This document shows, in pieces, positions 1 through 64,000 of a DNA stretch of 64,000 nt. Source of the DNA: Paraspadella gotoi. Taxonomy: Eukaryota; Animalia; Chaetognatha. Position 1 is the first letter of the stretch. Every line of letters begins with the position of its first letter. A program made the position numbers and the translations under genes. Below the pieces are notes generated by a model, which saw only the letters and a program-made list of their open reading frames with translations, had not been told where the DNA came from and did not search any database. The DNA is taken from the NCBI GenBank assembly GCA_051294375.1, contig CM119263.1, positions 20,674,115-20,738,114 of the forward strand, in the 5' to 3' direction.

Positions 1-2154
1 CGACCTAGCGGAGAGGGAGAAGACGTCGGGAGAGAAACTGGACTAAAGACCGGGACCGCTGGCGCCGTAAAGTTTATAAGTTTCTTATCCACTTGGAGTC
101 TTGATATTTAATGGTACCTTAATAAAATAATCAAAGCATATAGATATTCATACAATTCAATCAATGAAATACTAACTAATTAAAGAAGCAATAGTAAATA
201 AACAAATAAATCCACAAAGAATCCACTAAGTGTCCATTAAGCATCCACAAACGTTTATTATTTTAGAGAAGAGTCCCGTTTCAGAGCAGAATCTGGAATG
301 ATCGCAAAAGAGAGAAAGAGACAAACGTCGATATCTCCTATATAAAAGAGCATCTGAGTTGTAGATATTCGTCTGGACTTTACCCTCGGCGGTGACGTTG
401 TACGGTCCCCCACTCCACCCCCCCCCCACAGCTTGAATTATTTACTTTCTTTAAACAAAGTCTCAATAATTATCTTTAAGTGATCTTCATTTAATCCCTA
501 TATCCTCTTCCTTCCCTCTTACTTTCCCTTCATTGTGTCTCGTCACTTCGAGATTCTATCCTTCACTTCACACATGTCACTTTTCACTTCTTACTTCTCA
601 CTTCTCACTACTCACTTCCTGTTCCTCATTTGTCACTCATCGGCCCGCGTTGACGAAGTTTTGAAATAAATAAGATTAATTTAATTTAAATTATTTTTTT
701 ATGCTTTTGTTTGTATATTTTTTTCATCAACTTTCATTTTTTCCCCTTTATTCTCTATTTTTTTGACTAGTGATGAAATTTGATCTTTTTTAATTTGAGA
801 GCAATTTTTTTCTTGAGAGTTTGACAGGTGAAGTCAACGAAAAAATAAATTACTAAATTCTGAAAATTTGGAAAAAAATAAAAGACTCGTTCATACTCAT
901 AGTATTTCAAATAATTTCTTTCGTTTCCATTCATATGCGTACGATAAACTTTGTAAAAAAATTCTTCATCCATGAAACCCAAAAAATTCGGGGAAAAAAC
1001 CGAAAGGATTTCCGTTGTAATTGCCGTATCCGTATTGATTTTGTAGATACTGTACGAAAAAAATATTTTTGTTATAATTTAGGATCAAAACATATCTGGA
1101 CCGGAAGCACAGAGCCGAAGGGGAAGCCAATCATTGCAAAAAGCAAGCAAAGACAAACGAGGTTGTTCATCGTGAACGAGCGAAAAAAAAATCAAATTCT
1201 TGAAATAAAAATCGACACAAATACCGTTCGTCATAAACAAAAAAGGTCAATGCGATTGAATGCGATTTTCAAACTAATAATCGCAAACATCGCGATGACG
1301 AATGACGAGTCTTACAATACAATAGTAATAGTGAATAGTCTTTTTTTCCTAGTCTTTTTTTTTATCGCTTCTCAAACCCTCGGCTCCACACCTGTGATCC
1401 GTCGACCACTCCCGTGCCCCCAGCGTCGCTCCTATACGAGTAAAAAATACTCCAGCTGATCAAGTTTCAAAACTATTTTAAGACCAGAAACGTTTTATTT
1501 TGAGCCTTCGCAGGAATTTTTTTCCTCCTTTGGAGATTCTTTATTTATAAATAATCGATGAACGCGAATCGAGGAATTATTTAACTTTTAGAAATGCTAT
1601 CTCAGGAAGTCTATGTCTAATCGAATTAAAAAAGAATAGGGAGAGGGGGAAAACATTGGGGATTTGTGGAGGGAAAAGGCGATAACATTTATTTTCAAAC
1701 CGATGCGTAAAATGACAATCGAACAGATTATGACCCACAGTCCCACAGTCCCACACTCAATACATACAAACGAAGCGAAGATACGATTCACCGCTCTCCG
1801 CTCGACTACTACTTGAACTACTTTAAATTTAAGTTTAATATCATTAGTAGGGTGAAGTGAAAGTTTGAAATCAAAATTTAGCAGTTATATCTTGAAAACT
1901 ATCATATTAATGAATACTAATCAGTAATTATTTTTTTTTACAAATATAGTAGCCCAGTCAGCTTATATTATTATATAATGTCAAAATTTCAAAATGTTTT
2001 TTTTAAATTCTGTGAAAAGATTCAGATTCCTTGTTAAAAGGTGATAGAAGAAAATATAAATCTTTTTCAAAAATTATGTCATTAAGTTGGTTACAATTAT
2101 AAAAAACTATATTTTTAAACTCAAAATTAAAAATTGGCGTATTAAATATAGTTT

Positions 2155-2797
2155 TATGGTGGACTAAAATCCACCAACCATTCATCAGCAGCCATTGGTA
2201 CCGGAGGCAAGTCATTCGCCTCCCAATCCAAAGGTCCGGGGTTCTAGCCCGGTGGCCGCCTAGCAGTTAAGAGGGACGGGGCGCGTAACCCGCCTGTAAC
2301 ATGGTGTTACAGCCTGATCCGAAGCTCAAGGACTGCTTATATTGAATGGTTCTATCATTAACACTTATCAATAATTACTGTCTCTTCATTGGCGAGCCCG
2401 ACTTCCGAACACAACAGCAACAACAACACTTTCAGGCGACATGCCTCAACCTGGCGATGCACTTTCTGCCCACAACACATCAGGCGACATGCCGCAACTT
2501 GGTGACGAACTTTCCACCAACAACAATTCACTGAAGAGACGCAACAGACTTCTCTCTATGGGAGGGGGGGATGTATGGTGGACTAAAATCCACCAACCGT
2601 TCATCAGCAGCCATTGGTGCCGGAGGCAAGTCATTCGCCTCTCAATCCAAAGGTCCGGGGTTCTAGCCCGGTGGCCGCCTAGCAGTTAAGAGGGACGGGG
2701 CGCTTAACCCGCCTGTAACATGGTGTTACGAAGCTCAGGGACTGCTTATATTGAACGGTTCTGTCATTAACACTTATCAATAATTACTGTCTCTTCA
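2155..2797 (+). mobile_element. TRIM (miniature non-autonomous LTR retrotransposon) with a tRNA-like sequence in each LTR
   Basis: LTRs 2155-2388 and 2574-2797; PBS-like TGGCGAGCCCGAC at 2390; PPT gggaggggggga at ~2560-2571; 4-bp TSD GTTT (2151-2154 / 2798-2801). Confidence 0.9.
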
Positions 2798-3015
2798 GTT
2801 TTTTACATTTTTAACCAAATTAATGAAATAATTTTTTTTTTCACCAATATATAAAATTTAAAAATAAATGTACCAAAGTATTTTATATGCTTAATTTTAA
2901 TTTTTTAAAATTTTATCATTTTCACATCACTCTAATCATTAGATCATTAATACATATTAATTATAACATCTCCATCAATTATACTCTCCATCCATCCCTT
3001 CCCTCAATCCACCAG

Positions 3016-63933
<60,918 letters not shown>

Positions 63934-64000
63934 GTGAGAAAGAAGATGTGTGAGATGAAGACGATGACTTCGATTGTTTGATTGAAAGATTAAATGTTTA

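Noticed and set aside
935-1459. 174-aa ORF and other candidate upstream Tsp exons in 1-1800
   Set aside because: No recognisable domain, and no exon with a convincing acceptor, donor and phase match to 3016.
2188-2260. Functional tRNA-Gly gene
   Set aside because: The anticodon stem does not pair well and the sequence is part of an LTR present four times; reported as tRNA-derived instead.

Overview
AT-rich, repeat-dense, intron-rich eukaryotic DNA, probably an invertebrate animal, from a draft assembly with N gaps and noisy segments. Almost all ORFs in the supplied track are repeat artefacts. A + strand subgroup-B-like thrombospondin gene spans the whole window: LamG-like N-domain, linker, CxxC-capped coiled coil, six EGF repeats and type-3 Ca2+ repeats. 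Its 5' and 3' ends lie outside the window or were not resolved. It carries two pairs of duplicated, probably mutually exclusive exons, one in the coiled coil and one in the last EGF repeats. An 8-exon antisense gene encoding four EF-hands plus a C2-like domain (~327 aa, one GC-AG intron) is nested in its 18-kb intron. The introns hold two miniature LTR elements (TRIMs) with a tRNA-like sequence in each LTR, inverted Penelope-type repeats with minimal hammerhead ribozymes, two DINE-1/HINE-like families, hAT and Tc1/mariner-like non-autonomous elements, and a deleted BEL/Pao LTR element. All exon calls are manual, from splice motifs, phase continuity and protein motifs. There is no expression evidence.
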